Part shown: positions 36,718 through 45,209 of the stretch, piece by piece | Layout: each line of letters begins with the position of its first letter | Numbering within the stretch: the first letter of the stretch is position 1 | Assembly (NCBI GenBank): GCA_018242605.1 | Contig: JAFEBP010000010.1 | Span: forward strand, 54,354 to 118,353 | Source: Planctomycetota bacterium | GTDB taxonomy: Bacteria > Planctomycetota > Phycisphaerae > Phycisphaerales > UBA1924 | Direction: 5' to 3' | DNA length: 64,000 bases | Made by a program: the position numbers and the translations under genes | Notes under the pieces: generated by a model | Databases searched by the model: none | What the model was told of the DNA's origin: nothing | What the model saw: the letters and a program-made list of their open reading frames with translations, nothing else

Positions 36718-36726
36718 GCTCTCTGA

Positions 36727-37572
36727 GTGGAGCCTTCCGTTCCAACCCCCTTCGCCCCTTCTCCCGCGCAGGTCGAGGAACTGCTCGTCGCACTCACCAA
36801 TCCCGAGTCCTCCCTCTCCGACGTCGCCGTTGAGTTCCGGACCACGCTCCCCGCCCTCGTCGGCTGGCTGAATCTCCCCGAAGCCCAGGAGCGTTTGAGC
36901 AACATCGCCGACCGCGCCACCCAGCACGCCCGTTTCGTCGCCAACAACCATCTCATCCGCGTGCTCAACGCCGCCCTGCGCATCGTCGAGACGTACGAAG
37001 CCATCGAAAAGCGCGTCGCCGTCAACCTCTCCAGCCTGTCGCACATCGAGAACCGCCGCCGCGCGGCCGAGACCGCCCGTCGCGCCGGTGCGCTCGTGCT
37101 CCGCATCGCGCGCCTCCCCAACTTCTCAGCCGCCATCCGCCCACCCCGCCTCGAATCGCCGCGGCACTCAATTCCCGCCGAAGCCCCCGACCTGGCCCTC
37201 CTCCTCCAACTCCTCAACTCCCACGACCTCGCCCCCCACCCCGCCGCGCCCAGCGAGCAACCCGAACTCGTTCCCCTCACCGCGCAGGCGCCCGAAGCGA
37301 AATCGCAGGCGAGCACCACCGCAAGCCCCAGCGCGAACCGCGCCAATCCTCAACCCGCGCCACAGCCGAGCGCTGCCCAATCTCCCCCGCCCGCGGCCAA
37401 GCCCGCATCCTCTCCCGCCCAATCTGCTTCCCCTCGGGAGCGATCCACCCCAGCACGTTCCGCGAACCCCTCGCCCGTCGCACACCCACAGAGCACCCCT
37501 GCCGCGCACCAACCTCCCGCCGCGGACCAATCGCCCTTCCCGATGACCCCGCCGCTGCGACAAGCCGGGTAG
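36727..37572 (+). CDS. Hypothetical protein with helical N-terminal domain and long Pro/Ala/Ser-rich tail
   Basis: 281 aa from GTG 36727 behind a good promoter. The N-terminal about 130 aa are helical (SLSDVAVEFRTTLPALVGWLNLPEAQERL). The rest is low complexity. Confidence 0.5.
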   Translation: MEPSVPTPFAPSPAQVEELLVALTNPESSLSDVAVEFRTTLPALVGWLNLPEAQERLSNIADRATQHARFVANNHLIRVLNAALRIVETYEAIEKRVAVNLSSLSHIENRRRAAETARRAGALVLRIARLPNFSAAIRPPRLESPRHSIPAEAPDLALLLQLLNSHDLAPHPAAPSEQPELVPLTAQAPEAKSQASTTASPSANRANPQPAPQPSAAQSPPPAAKPASSPAQSASPRERSTPARSANPSPVAHPQSTPAAHQPPAADQSPFPMTPPLRQAG

Positions 37573-37756
37573 CGCATCGCGCCGCGAGCACCCCGCTCGC
37601 ACACCGCGCCAAGCGTGGGCGGCACGCCCAATCCACGCGGCCCACCACGCCTCGTCGCCCCAACCACACCAGCCCAGCCCTCACCCCGATCGCGCCGCGC
37701 GATCCCGGTCCTCGCTGCGCACACAAGCTCCCAAACCCTTCCGTTCCCACCATTGG

Positions 37757-37811
37757 TTCTCCGCTTTTCGCTCCTTCCTTTTCGCTTCTCGTTTTTCGCT
37801 TTTCGTTTTCG
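37757..37811 (+). repeat. Array of about 8 imperfect pyrimidine-rich heptads
   Basis: TTCTCCG CTTTTCG CTCCTTC CTTTTCG CTTCTCG TTTTTCG CTTTTCG TTTTCG. It ends 17 nt before the TACCCT box of lepB copy 2. Confidence 0.75.
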
Positions 37812-37828
37812 ATTTCCCCCTCACCCCC

Positions 37829-37834
37829 TACCCT
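37829..37834 (+). promoter_or_regulatory. -10-like box (TACCCT) 8 nt upstream of ATG 37843
   Basis: Recurrent TAnnnT-spacer-start pattern. Confidence 0.45.
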
Positions 37835-37842
37835 CCCCCGTC

Positions 37843-39507
37843 ATGCCCCCGACCCCTACCGCCCATCCCGAAGGCCACCCGCTCACCTCGACGGTCGACT
37901 CCTTCAAAGGCATCATCGTCGCCTTCATGATGGCCCTGGTCTTCCGCGCTTTCGTCATCGAAGGGTTTGAGATCCCCACCGGTTCGATGGCCCCCACCCT
38001 CCGCGGCCAGCACACGCAGTGGGAAAGCCCTCAATCCGGCGCGCACTGGGCGGTAGGACCCGCCAAATACCTGCCGGGTGGCTCTCGCACACCCACAGCG
38101 GAACAGGGCCCGATGAAGGTGCTTGATCCGATCTCCGGCGCTGAAGTCTCCGCCACCTCCGCCCCCATCCGAGGCGGTGATCGTGTCTTCATCCTCAAGT
38201 ATCTCTGGCCTTTCTACACCCCCAGCCGCTTCGACGTTGTCGTCTTCAAGAACCCCCGCGACCCCGCGCAGAACTACATCAAGCGTCTCGTCGGCGTCGG
38301 CGCGGAAGAGCTCGCCCTCATCGACGGCGATGTCTTCTCCCGCCCCACCAAGGACGAGCCCAAGCCGGGCGAGAACTCCTGGGCGCTGCCCGGCTGGAAG
38401 ATCCAGCGCAAGCACGAGGCCGCCCAGCGCATCATGTGGCAGCCCGTCTACAGCAGCGATTACGCGCCCCTCTCCCCGCTCCGCGACGGCCGCACCTGGT
38501 TCCGCAACCCGTGGGTCGCCGCCGGCGACTCGGCGAAGAACTGGGAGATCGAGGGCAAGACCGAGTACCGCTTCTCCGGCGCCGGCACCGCCTCGCTCGC
38601 GTGGGATGTCAGCCGCCGCGTCATCAACGACTTCTACGGGTACAACCAGATCGGCGGCCCGCCCAACGGCGTCTTCCCGGTGAACGATGTGCGCATCTCC
38701 TTCGGCATCCGGCCGGAGAAGGAAGGCATCGCGTGGGCCGGAACCATCAAGGCCCGCTCGCACGTCTTTGAGGCACGCATCGAGGGCACCGCCGTCACGC
38801 TCCGCATGCGCCCCGATGAGAATGATGCGCCCTGGAAGACCATCGGTCAGGGCACGCTCCCCAGCCCCCTCGCCGCGGGCCGCGTCACCAACGTCGACTT
38901 CTGGCACGCCGATCAGGCCCTGAGCCTCTTCGTTGAAAACAAGCTGATCGCCCGGGGTGAATACGACTGGACCCCCGCCGAGCGCATCAAGTTCGCCACC
39001 ACCGTCACGCTCGAGGATGTCTTTAACGCCGCCCCCAGCGCGGGCAACGCGGTCGCTCCCAACCTGCTCGCCGTCCCCAAAATCTACAAGGCCCCCGCCA
39101 TCAGCATGGACTTTTCCGGCGGCGCGTTCACGCTGGTGCGCGTCGCGCTCGCTCGCGATATCTATTACCAGCCCGTCGACTACCCCCCGTACAACGATCC
39201 CACCCCCTGGTCCGCCGTGGGCCCGCACTCCCGCGCCAACCGCCCCGCCGCGGCGACCCACCCGCGGATGCCCCTCTTCCTCGGCGACGGCGAGTACTTC
39301 TTCTGCGGCGATAACAGCCCGCAGAGCCTCGACGCCCGTATGTGGGATGTGCCCAACCCCTGGATGGCCCAGCTCGAACCCAAGACCGGCGTCGTGACGC
39401 GCGACGCCCTCATCGGCCGCGCGTTCGTGGTCTACTGGCCGGGTTTCTACTGGAAGAACGGCTTCCTGCCGATACCTGACACCGGGCGGGTGCGCCAGGT
39501 GAACTGA
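37843..39507 (+). CDS. lepB: Signal peptidase I (S26 family), unusually long, copy 2
   Basis: IPTGSMAPTLRG, NYIKRLVGVGAE and GDNSPQSLDARMWD. 554 aa and collinear with copy 1. ATG 37843 is preferred over the track start 37615. Confidence 0.85.
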   Translation: MPPTPTAHPEGHPLTSTVDSFKGIIVAFMMALVFRAFVIEGFEIPTGSMAPTLRGQHTQWESPQSGAHWAVGPAKYLPGGSRTPTAEQGPMKVLDPISGAEVSATSAPIRGGDRVFILKYLWPFYTPSRFDVVVFKNPRDPAQNYIKRLVGVGAEELALIDGDVFSRPTKDEPKPGENSWALPGWKIQRKHEAAQRIMWQPVYSSDYAPLSPLRDGRTWFRNPWVAAGDSAKNWEIEGKTEYRFSGAGTASLAWDVSRRVINDFYGYNQIGGPPNGVFPVNDVRISFGIRPEKEGIAWAGTIKARSHVFEARIEGTAVTLRMRPDENDAPWKTIGQGTLPSPLAAGRVTNVDFWHADQALSLFVENKLIARGEYDWTPAERIKFATTVTLEDVFNAAPSAGNAVAPNLLAVPKIYKAPAISMDFSGGAFTLVRVALARDIYYQPVDYPPYNDPTPWSAVGPHSRANRPAAATHPRMPLFLGDGEYFFCGDNSPQSLDARMWDVPNPWMAQLEPKTGVVTRDALIGRAFVVYWPGFYWKNGFLPIPDTGRVRQVN

Positions 39508-39683
39508 GCGGCAAGCTCAACCGACCCACCCGGAATCGAGGGTTCATCATCCGCGGGTCAGCATCCAACTCACGCCCCACGTCCCCGCCGATCCCGCAAT
39601 CGGCCGGTGGTCCCACACACATCCGCCTTCACACTGCGCCCCCACCGCGTTCCTCCTGACTCCGCCCGATTCCCTCTTCTTCC

Positions 39684-40886
39684 GTGCACATTCTCCACTA
39701 CATCAAATGGCTCCGACTCCGTGACGGCGGCACCGTCCGCGCCGTGCTCGACATGTGCGCCGCTCTCGCCAAGCGAGGACATCAGGTCACCGCGCTCTCG
39801 TGCGACGATTCGGGCGTTCCCGATTCCTGGCGCACGCCCACGCCCGGCCTTCCGCACTCGGTGGTCATCCGCCTCGCCGACCCGCTCTTCGAGCGCCGCG
39901 GCCGCACCATCGACCAGGCCACGCGCGACACGCTCACGCAGCACCTGCCCAAGGACGCCATGGCCACAGCCCGCGAACTCTTCGCCAAGGCCGACGCGGT
40001 GCACATCCACGGGGCCTGGGCCAACCCCAACCACCAGTTGGCCCGCCTCGCCGAACGACTCAAAGTTCCCTACGTCATCTCGCCCCACGGCATGCTCGAC
40101 GATTGGTCGATGGCGCAGGGCGGATCCAAAAAGCGCCTGCACCTGGCGCTCATCGGTCGGCGAACCTTGAGCCGCGCCCGCGCCATCCACTGCACCGCCT
40201 CAGCCGAACTCCAGCAGGCCTCCAAGCACTTCCCCAAAGGCCGCGGCGTGGTCATCCCGCTCCTCTTCGATACCTCCCAGTTCGCCTCGCTCCAAGGCCC
40301 CGGTGAAGCCCGCGGCGCCTTCGCCGCGGCGCTCACCACCCAGCTCCCCACGCTCCTCTTCCTGAGCCGCCTGCACGTGAAGAAGGGCGTGGAAACACTC
40401 ATCGACGCCGGAGCGCTGCTCTCTCGCCGCGGCCAGCCCGTCAACCTCGTCCTCGCCGGGCCCTCCGACCCGCCCGAGTACATCGACGCCCTCAAGGCCC
40501 GCGCCGCCGCCGCGGGCATCGCTGCGACCACGCACTTCGTCGGCATGGTGGGCGGGAGCGCCAAGTGGAGCCTCTACCAGGCCGCCGACCTGTTCGTGCT
40601 CCCCACCAGCCAGGAGAACTTCGGCTACGTGCTGCTCGAATCGCTCGCGTGCGGCACGCCGGTGATCACGACCAAGGGCGTGGACATCTGGCCCGAACTG
40701 CAGGAGAGCGGCGGCGCGATCATCGCCGATCGCGAGCCACAGGCGATCGCCGACTCGGTGACCAGGCTCCTCGCCGATCCCGCCCGCCGCGCCCAGATGG
40801 GCCGCGTGGGCCGCGAGTGGGCGCTCACGCACCTCAACTCCGAATCCACCGTCACGGCGATGGAGAAGATGTACCGGGGCGAGTGA
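39684..40886 (+). CDS. Glycosyltransferase, GT4 (GT-B fold) family
   Basis: N-terminal GGTVRAVLDMCAALAKRGHQV. The C-terminal E-x7-E region is PTSQENFGYVLLESLACGTPVI. Confidence 0.8.
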   Translation: MHILHYIKWLRLRDGGTVRAVLDMCAALAKRGHQVTALSCDDSGVPDSWRTPTPGLPHSVVIRLADPLFERRGRTIDQATRDTLTQHLPKDAMATARELFAKADAVHIHGAWANPNHQLARLAERLKVPYVISPHGMLDDWSMAQGGSKKRLHLALIGRRTLSRARAIHCTASAELQQASKHFPKGRGVVIPLLFDTSQFASLQGPGEARGAFAAALTTQLPTLLFLSRLHVKKGVETLIDAGALLSRRGQPVNLVLAGPSDPPEYIDALKARAAAAGIAATTHFVGMVGGSAKWSLYQAADLFVLPTSQENFGYVLLESLACGTPVITTKGVDIWPELQESGGAIIADREPQAIADSVTRLLADPARRAQMGRVGREWALTHLNSESTVTAMEKMYRGE

Positions 40887-40909
40887 ACTCCGCCGGCCCA
40901 TCATCGGAG

Positions 40910-40915
40910 TACGCT
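40910..40915 (+). promoter_or_regulatory. -10-like box (TACGCT) 11 nt upstream of ATG 40927
   Basis: Recurrent TAnnnT-spacer-start pattern. Confidence 0.35.
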
Positions 40916-40926
40916 CTCCCACACCG

Positions 40927-41994
40927 ATGGACCGCTCAGCCCCGCAACCCCCCGCCCTTGCCGACTGGCTCGCCAACGCGATCCACTCGCCGGCCTTCAT
41001 CCCCGCCGAGCGTGCGTTGCCGATCCACCACCGCGTCTTCGCGGCGTGGGCCACGCACGCGTGCGCGATGGCCGCGAGATCGCTGTTCAACCGGCCCGTC
41101 ACGCTCGCGCCGACCGAGTCCTTTGCGGGCCCAGTCTTCGCCGCGACGCTGCGCCATGATGGCCATGACGCCGCGGTCATCGCCTTCGATCTCCCCGCGG
41201 CACGCGCCATCGCCGATGCTCTCTCTGTGTCGCTCGTGGGTGTGCGTGGCGCGGGCACGATCTCGCCCGCCGAAGCCGCGCTATTGGAGTACGCCTGCCT
41301 CGAACTGCTCGACCGCGTGCTGAGCGCCTCGGGACTCGCGGATTGCCCGCTCGTCCTCGGCGGCTTCCAGACCGGCGAAGACGCCGCGTCGCGTGTTTCG
41401 ACCGGCGCATCGCTCCCGCTCTCGCTCACGATCGCGGGCCACGCCGGCGGCGCGCACGTGCGGCTGCCCCAGTGCGCCCCGCAGATCCCCCCGCTCCTGC
41501 CCGCCTCGCCGCTGGGTGCACACGGCGCGGTCTCGGTCTCGCTCGCACTGCCCACCTTCGCCCTCGCGGATTCGGAACTCGCCGAGATGCAGCCCGGCGA
41601 CATCGTGCTGCCCGGCCTCACCGATCTGGCCAGCGCGGCCGGTTGCCGGCTCGTCACCCGCACGCTCTGGTGCCTCGCCGACGCCGCGATCGCGGCGGAT
41701 GCGCCCGGCCACATCCAGGTGCGCTGCGGCCCGGTCAACGTGCGGCCCGACGCCCCGCTCGCCGACCCCGCGCCCCCGGCGCACCGCACCGCGTGCGTGC
41801 TCATCGGCGATTCTCCCGCCTCCGTGACCGACCTGACCGAACTCGCCGCCGACCGCTTCCTCTCCATCCGCAAGCGCCCCGGCGAAGAAGCCACGCTCCT
41901 GGTCGACGCCCGCGCCGTCGCGCGGGGCGAACTCGTCCGCTGCGAAAATGAGATCGGCGTGCGCATCACCCAACGGATCGGAGGCGCCTCGTGA
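40927..41994 (+). CDS. FliM/FliN-like (SctQ-like) switch-complex protein with SpoA-type C-terminal domain(s)
   Basis: The CheC/FliM-like middle segment is GTISPAEAALLEYACLELLDRV. Two SpoA-like beta segments follow (LAEMQPGDIVLPGL...RLVTRTL and LSIRKRPGEEATLLVDARAVARGELVRCENEIGVRITQ). A FliO-like gene comes next. Confidence 0.55.
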   Translation: MDRSAPQPPALADWLANAIHSPAFIPAERALPIHHRVFAAWATHACAMAARSLFNRPVTLAPTESFAGPVFAATLRHDGHDAAVIAFDLPAARAIADALSVSLVGVRGAGTISPAEAALLEYACLELLDRVLSASGLADCPLVLGGFQTGEDAASRVSTGASLPLSLTIAGHAGGAHVRLPQCAPQIPPLLPASPLGAHGAVSVSLALPTFALADSELAEMQPGDIVLPGLTDLASAAGCRLVTRTLWCLADAAIAADAPGHIQVRCGPVNVRPDAPLADPAPPAHRTACVLIGDSPASVTDLTELAADRFLSIRKRPGEEATLLVDARAVARGELVRCENEIGVRITQRIGGAS

Positions 41995-42365
41995 TGACCT
42001 TGGCCGCCGCGATGTTCCAGCAGGCACCCGAAGTAGAAGCGCCCGGCTACGGCTGGGCCGCCATCCGCATGCTGCTGGCGCTGGTCATCGTCGTCGCGCT
42101 GCTGCTCATCGTGGCGAGGCTGCTCCCGCGATGGCTCTCCCGCTCGCGTCCGCCCATCGGCGGCGAGGAGATCCAGATCGTCTCCAGCCGCCCACTCGAG
42201 CCCGGCCGCACGCTCTACATCATCCGCGCCAAAGGCCGCGAGTACCTCATCGCCACCAGCGAGCACGGCGTGCACGCGATCTCCGGCACGCCCCTGGACG
42301 CGCCGGAACGTCCGCCGGCTAGAGATTTCGCGGCCGTGCTGGCACAGCAACCACCAGCGGGGTAA
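41991..42365 (+). CDS. fliO: FliO-family flagellar biosynthesis protein
   Basis: 124 aa with a single TM (IRMLLALVIVVALLLIVARLL). The FliO pattern follows (IQIVSSRPLEPGRTLYIIRAKGREYLIATSEHGVHAI...DFAAVL). The start overlaps the upstream stop. Confidence 0.55.
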   Translation: MMTLAAAMFQQAPEVEAPGYGWAAIRMLLALVIVVALLLIVARLLPRWLSRSRPPIGGEEIQIVSSRPLEPGRTLYIIRAKGREYLIATSEHGVHAISGTPLDAPERPPARDFAAVLAQQPPAG

Positions 42366-42381
42366 ACGAGGTGCGACCTTG

Positions 42382-42750
42382 TCAACTTCGGCGCGAATCA
42401 ACCCCCGTCACCGCGCTCACCGGGCTGAACAGGTCCAGGATTTCCGTCTCTTCAATGGCGCGGCACGAATGGGGCACGTTCGAGGGCAGGTGCAGCACCT
42501 CGCCGCCTCTGACTTCCAACGTCCGATGGGCAGGAGATCCTTCCTCGCCCAGCCCGAACTCGCAGCGGCCGCGAAGCATCACCACGAACTGCTCGTTCTC
42601 GTGCCGGTGGCTCGGGAGCGTGAACCCGGGGGACAGGATCACGCGCGAGATCATCATCTTCTCGCCGATGATCCGCTGCCTCGCGATGAGGGGCATGGGA
42701 AAGTCGGCAGGCAGGTCCGCCCACGCTGTCTTCAAAGCAGTTGTGCTCAC
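42382..42750 (-). CDS. Cupin-domain protein
   Basis: SHRHENEQFVVMLRGR...GEVLHLPSNVPH (the two cupin motifs). The GGGAGGAG SD lies upstream of the GTG start. Confidence 0.75.
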   Translation of the reverse strand: MSTTALKTAWADLPADFPMPLIARQRIIGEKMMISRVILSPGFTLPSHRHENEQFVVMLRGRCEFGLGEEGSPAHRTLEVRGGEVLHLPSNVPHSCRAIEETEILDLFSPVSAVTGVDSRRS

Positions 42751-42781
42751 GAGCGATCTCCTCCCGCCGTGCGGGGTCAGG

Positions 42782-43279
42782 TCACTTCTTCTTTTTCTTC
42801 CGGGCGGCTTTGCGACGCCGCGGCAGTTTCGCCAGCTTCTTGCGCACCACCACCGGCGCGGCCACCGCGATCCGCGGGGCGCTCTTCATGGCCAGTTCCA
42901 GCACATGGCGTTCTTCAACGTAATCCAGCCGGCGCATCGCGACCTCGGGACGCATCCAGACCAGGGCGTCGACCTCGGCGTTGGCCATGAACTTGCGCCG
43001 GTGACGGCAGAGCATCAGCCAGAAAAAGACGAGTTTGGGCTTGCCGTCGATCTCGTAGTAGACCGTTCCCAGGAACTTCTGCGGCGCGCCGATGCAGCCG
43101 GTCTCTTCCATTACCTCCCGCACCGCCGCCTGCATCTCGCTCTCTCGCTTGTCCAGTTTGCCCTTGGGCAGGCACCAGTCGTCGTACGCCGGCCGATGAA
43201 TCAACGCCACCCGGCCGCTGTCGTTGAAAACGACACCGCCCGCGGCGAGAATCGGCGCGCCATCCTTGCGCTTTCCCAT
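42782..43279 (-). CDS. NUDIX hydrolase with Lys/Arg-rich C-terminal tail
   Basis: Nudix box GKLDKRESEMQAAVREVMEETG. The tail is PRRRKAARKKKKK. Confidence 0.85.
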   Translation of the reverse strand: MGKRKDGAPILAAGGVVFNDSGRVALIHRPAYDDWCLPKGKLDKRESEMQAAVREVMEETGCIGAPQKFLGTVYYEIDGKPKLVFFWLMLCRHRRKFMANAEVDALVWMRPEVAMRRLDYVEERHVLELAMKSAPRIAVAAPVVVRKKLAKLPRRRKAARKKKKK

Positions 43280-43286
43280 GGTTCCT

Positions 43287-43292
43287 AGTTTA
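43287..43292 (-). promoter_or_regulatory. -10-like box (TAAACT on minus strand) 7 nt upstream of start 43279
   Basis: Recurrent TAnnnT-spacer-start pattern. Confidence 0.45.
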
Positions 43293-43382
43293 TCCAGCGG
43301 TCGGTTGCCGATCCGGCGTTTTTCCTGAGAAACTCACCCCTTTGTCGCCCCGCTTCAAACACCCGCTCGCCGCCGCGCACCG

Positions 43383-43388
43383 TACCAT
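43383..43388 (+). promoter_or_regulatory. -10-like box (TACCAT) 9 nt upstream of dnaX ATG
   Basis: Recurrent TAnnnT-spacer-start pattern. Confidence 0.4.
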
Positions 43389-43397
43389 CCCCACCTT

Positions 43398-44519
43398 ATG
43401 GCCTACACCGTCCTCGCACGCCGATACCGCTCCCAGACCTTCGACGAAGTCGTCGGCCAGGAGCCGATCGCCCGCACGCTGATGAACGCCATCAAGAGCA
43501 ACCGCGTGGCGCACGCCTACCTGTTCGTGGGGACGCGGGGCGTGGGCAAAACGACGATGGCGCGGCTGTTCGCCAAGGCGTTGAACGGCGGCACGCCGGA
43601 GATCGACGACCTGATCATGCAGGGCCGCGAGACCGACACGATCGAGTTCGACGCCGCGAGCAACACCGGCGTGGACGAGGCCCGCGAACTGATCGCCAAC
43701 TGCGCGTACAAACCGCTGCGGGGCAAGTACAAGATCTACATCATCGACGAAGTGCACATGCTCTCGACCAGCGCGTTCAACGCGCTGCTCAAAACCATGG
43801 AGGAGCCGCCCGAGCACGTCAAGTTCATCCTGTGCACCACCGACCCGCAGAAGGTGCCGGCGACGATCCAGAGCCGGTGCCAGCGGTACGACTTCCGCAA
43901 CATCCCCACGCAGCGGATCGCCGAGCACCTGGAAGCGGTGGTGAAGCGCGAGGGTTCAACGGCGGACGAGGAGCTGATCTTCGCCGTCGCGCGGCTGGGC
44001 AACGGCTCGATGCGCGACGCGCTGAGCCTGCTCGACCGGCTCATGGCCTCGGGCGAGAAGCACCTGACCAACAAGGTGCTCGAGGAACTGCTCGGGCTGC
44101 CCGACCGGGCGGTCATCGGCCGCCTACTCGACGCCCTCGCCGAGGGCAAGCCGGGCCAGGCGCTCGAGCAGGCTTCCGAACTCATTCAACGCGGCATCTC
44201 GATCGATCAGCTCATCGAAGCGCTCGCGTCGCGGCTGCGGGACCTGCTCGTGCTCGCGGCGTGCGGACCGACCTCTCCGCTCGTGGAACTCTCCGAGCAG
44301 GCCAAGGCCGAGGAAGCCGCGCGGGCGACCAAGTTCGACGCCGCGGGGATCGTGCACATGATCGCGTTGTGCGAGAACGTGCAGCGCAGCGTGAAGACGA
44401 GCGCGGTGCCGCGAGCATTGGTTGACGCGTTGGTCGTGCGGCTGGCCCTGACGGAGAAGTTCGCCGACGTGACCGCCCTGGTGGCCGGGAGCCAGCAGGT
44501 GTCCGCAAAAAAACGCTGA
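43398..44519 (+). CDS. dnaX: DNA polymerase III subunit gamma/tau, zero-frame product (short, gamma-like)
   Basis: YRSQTFDEVVGQE, Walker A GTRGVGKTT, DEVHMLS and the SRC motif (QSRCQRYDF). The ORF ends GCA AAA AAA CGC TGA. Confidence 0.92.
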   Translation: MAYTVLARRYRSQTFDEVVGQEPIARTLMNAIKSNRVAHAYLFVGTRGVGKTTMARLFAKALNGGTPEIDDLIMQGRETDTIEFDAASNTGVDEARELIANCAYKPLRGKYKIYIIDEVHMLSTSAFNALLKTMEEPPEHVKFILCTTDPQKVPATIQSRCQRYDFRNIPTQRIAEHLEAVVKREGSTADEELIFAVARLGNGSMRDALSLLDRLMASGEKHLTNKVLEELLGLPDRAVIGRLLDALAEGKPGQALEQASELIQRGISIDQLIEALASRLRDLLVLAACGPTSPLVELSEQAKAEEAARATKFDAAGIVHMIALCENVQRSVKTSAVPRALVDALVVRLALTEKFADVTALVAGSQQVSAKKR

Positions 44520-44776
44520 CGGCGGGCGAGCAATCGCCACCACGCCCGCCGCAGCCAAGGCAGATCGCGCCCCCGCCGCCCGCCGCGCCCCCGCGGGCGA
44601 TCGCCCCGCCGGTTCAGGCGGCCCCGGTCGCGTCTGCGCCCGAACCGCTTCCCGCTTCCGCGCAACCCCCGCCGGGGGACGAGCGTCCCATCGCCGAGCA
44701 TCCGCTGGTGAAGCAGACGATGGAACTGTTGAACGCGAAACTAATCGGCGTGCAGCCACGGATGAAGAAAGAGTAA
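44513..44776 (+). CDS. dnaX: Putative -1 frame C-terminal extension of dnaX (tau-specific tail), reached by frameshift or slippage at the A7 run
   Basis: From 44513 the -1 frame is open for 87 codons to TAA 44774-44776. It encodes a Pro/Ala-rich linker followed by ...ERPIAEHPLVKQTMELLNAKLIGVQPRMKKE. Confidence 0.5.
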   Translation, partial: TLTAGEQSPPRPPQPRQIAPPPPAAPPRAIAPPVQAAPVASAPEPLPASAQPPPGDERPIAEHPLVKQTMELLNAKLIGVQPRMKKE

Positions 44777-44840
44777 CTGCGTCCGGAGATATCTGTTCGA
44801 GACCGGGGCGGCGTGCGTCCCGAAAGGAAACCCAAGGATC

Positions 44841-45209
44841 ATGTTCGACAACTTCAAGGCGATGGGCGCCCTCGCGGGCCTGATGAAGAACAAGGAAAAG
44901 CTGCGCGAAGCCGGCGAGCGCGTGCGGGCGAAGATGGAGACCACCCGCGTGATCGGCGAAGCTGGCGCCGGCGCGGCGCGGGCGGTCGCGACGGGCTCGA
45001 TGCGGATCCTGGAGGTTGAACTCACCTCGGGGTTGATCGTGGGGATGGCGGCGGACGAGAAGACGCGGGCGCTGGCCGGCAATCTCATCGCCGAGGCGTG
45101 CAACGAAGCGATCCGCCGCGCGCAAATCGCCATGAAGGAGGCCGTTGACGAGGAAGCCAAGGCCTTGGGCCTGGACGGCATCCCCGGCCTGGAGAACCTG
45201 CTGCAGTGA
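44841..45209 (+). CDS. ybaB: YbaB/EbfC-family nucleoid-associated protein
   Basis: MFDNFKAMGALAGLMKNKEKL... and the typical dnaX-ybaB synteny. AAGGA SD is present. Confidence 0.85.
   Translation: MFDNFKAMGALAGLMKNKEKLREAGERVRAKMETTRVIGEAGAGAARAVATGSMRILEVELTSGLIVGMAADEKTRALAGNLIAEACNEAIRRAQIAMKEAVDEEAKALGLDGIPGLENLLQ

Noticed and set aside
36727-37572. Possibility that the helical N-terminal domain (SLSDVAVEFRTTLPALVGWL) marks a phage terminase small subunit or prophage remnant.
   Set aside because: There are no neighbouring phage genes, integrase or att-like repeats. The resemblance is limited to a generic HTH-like pattern.
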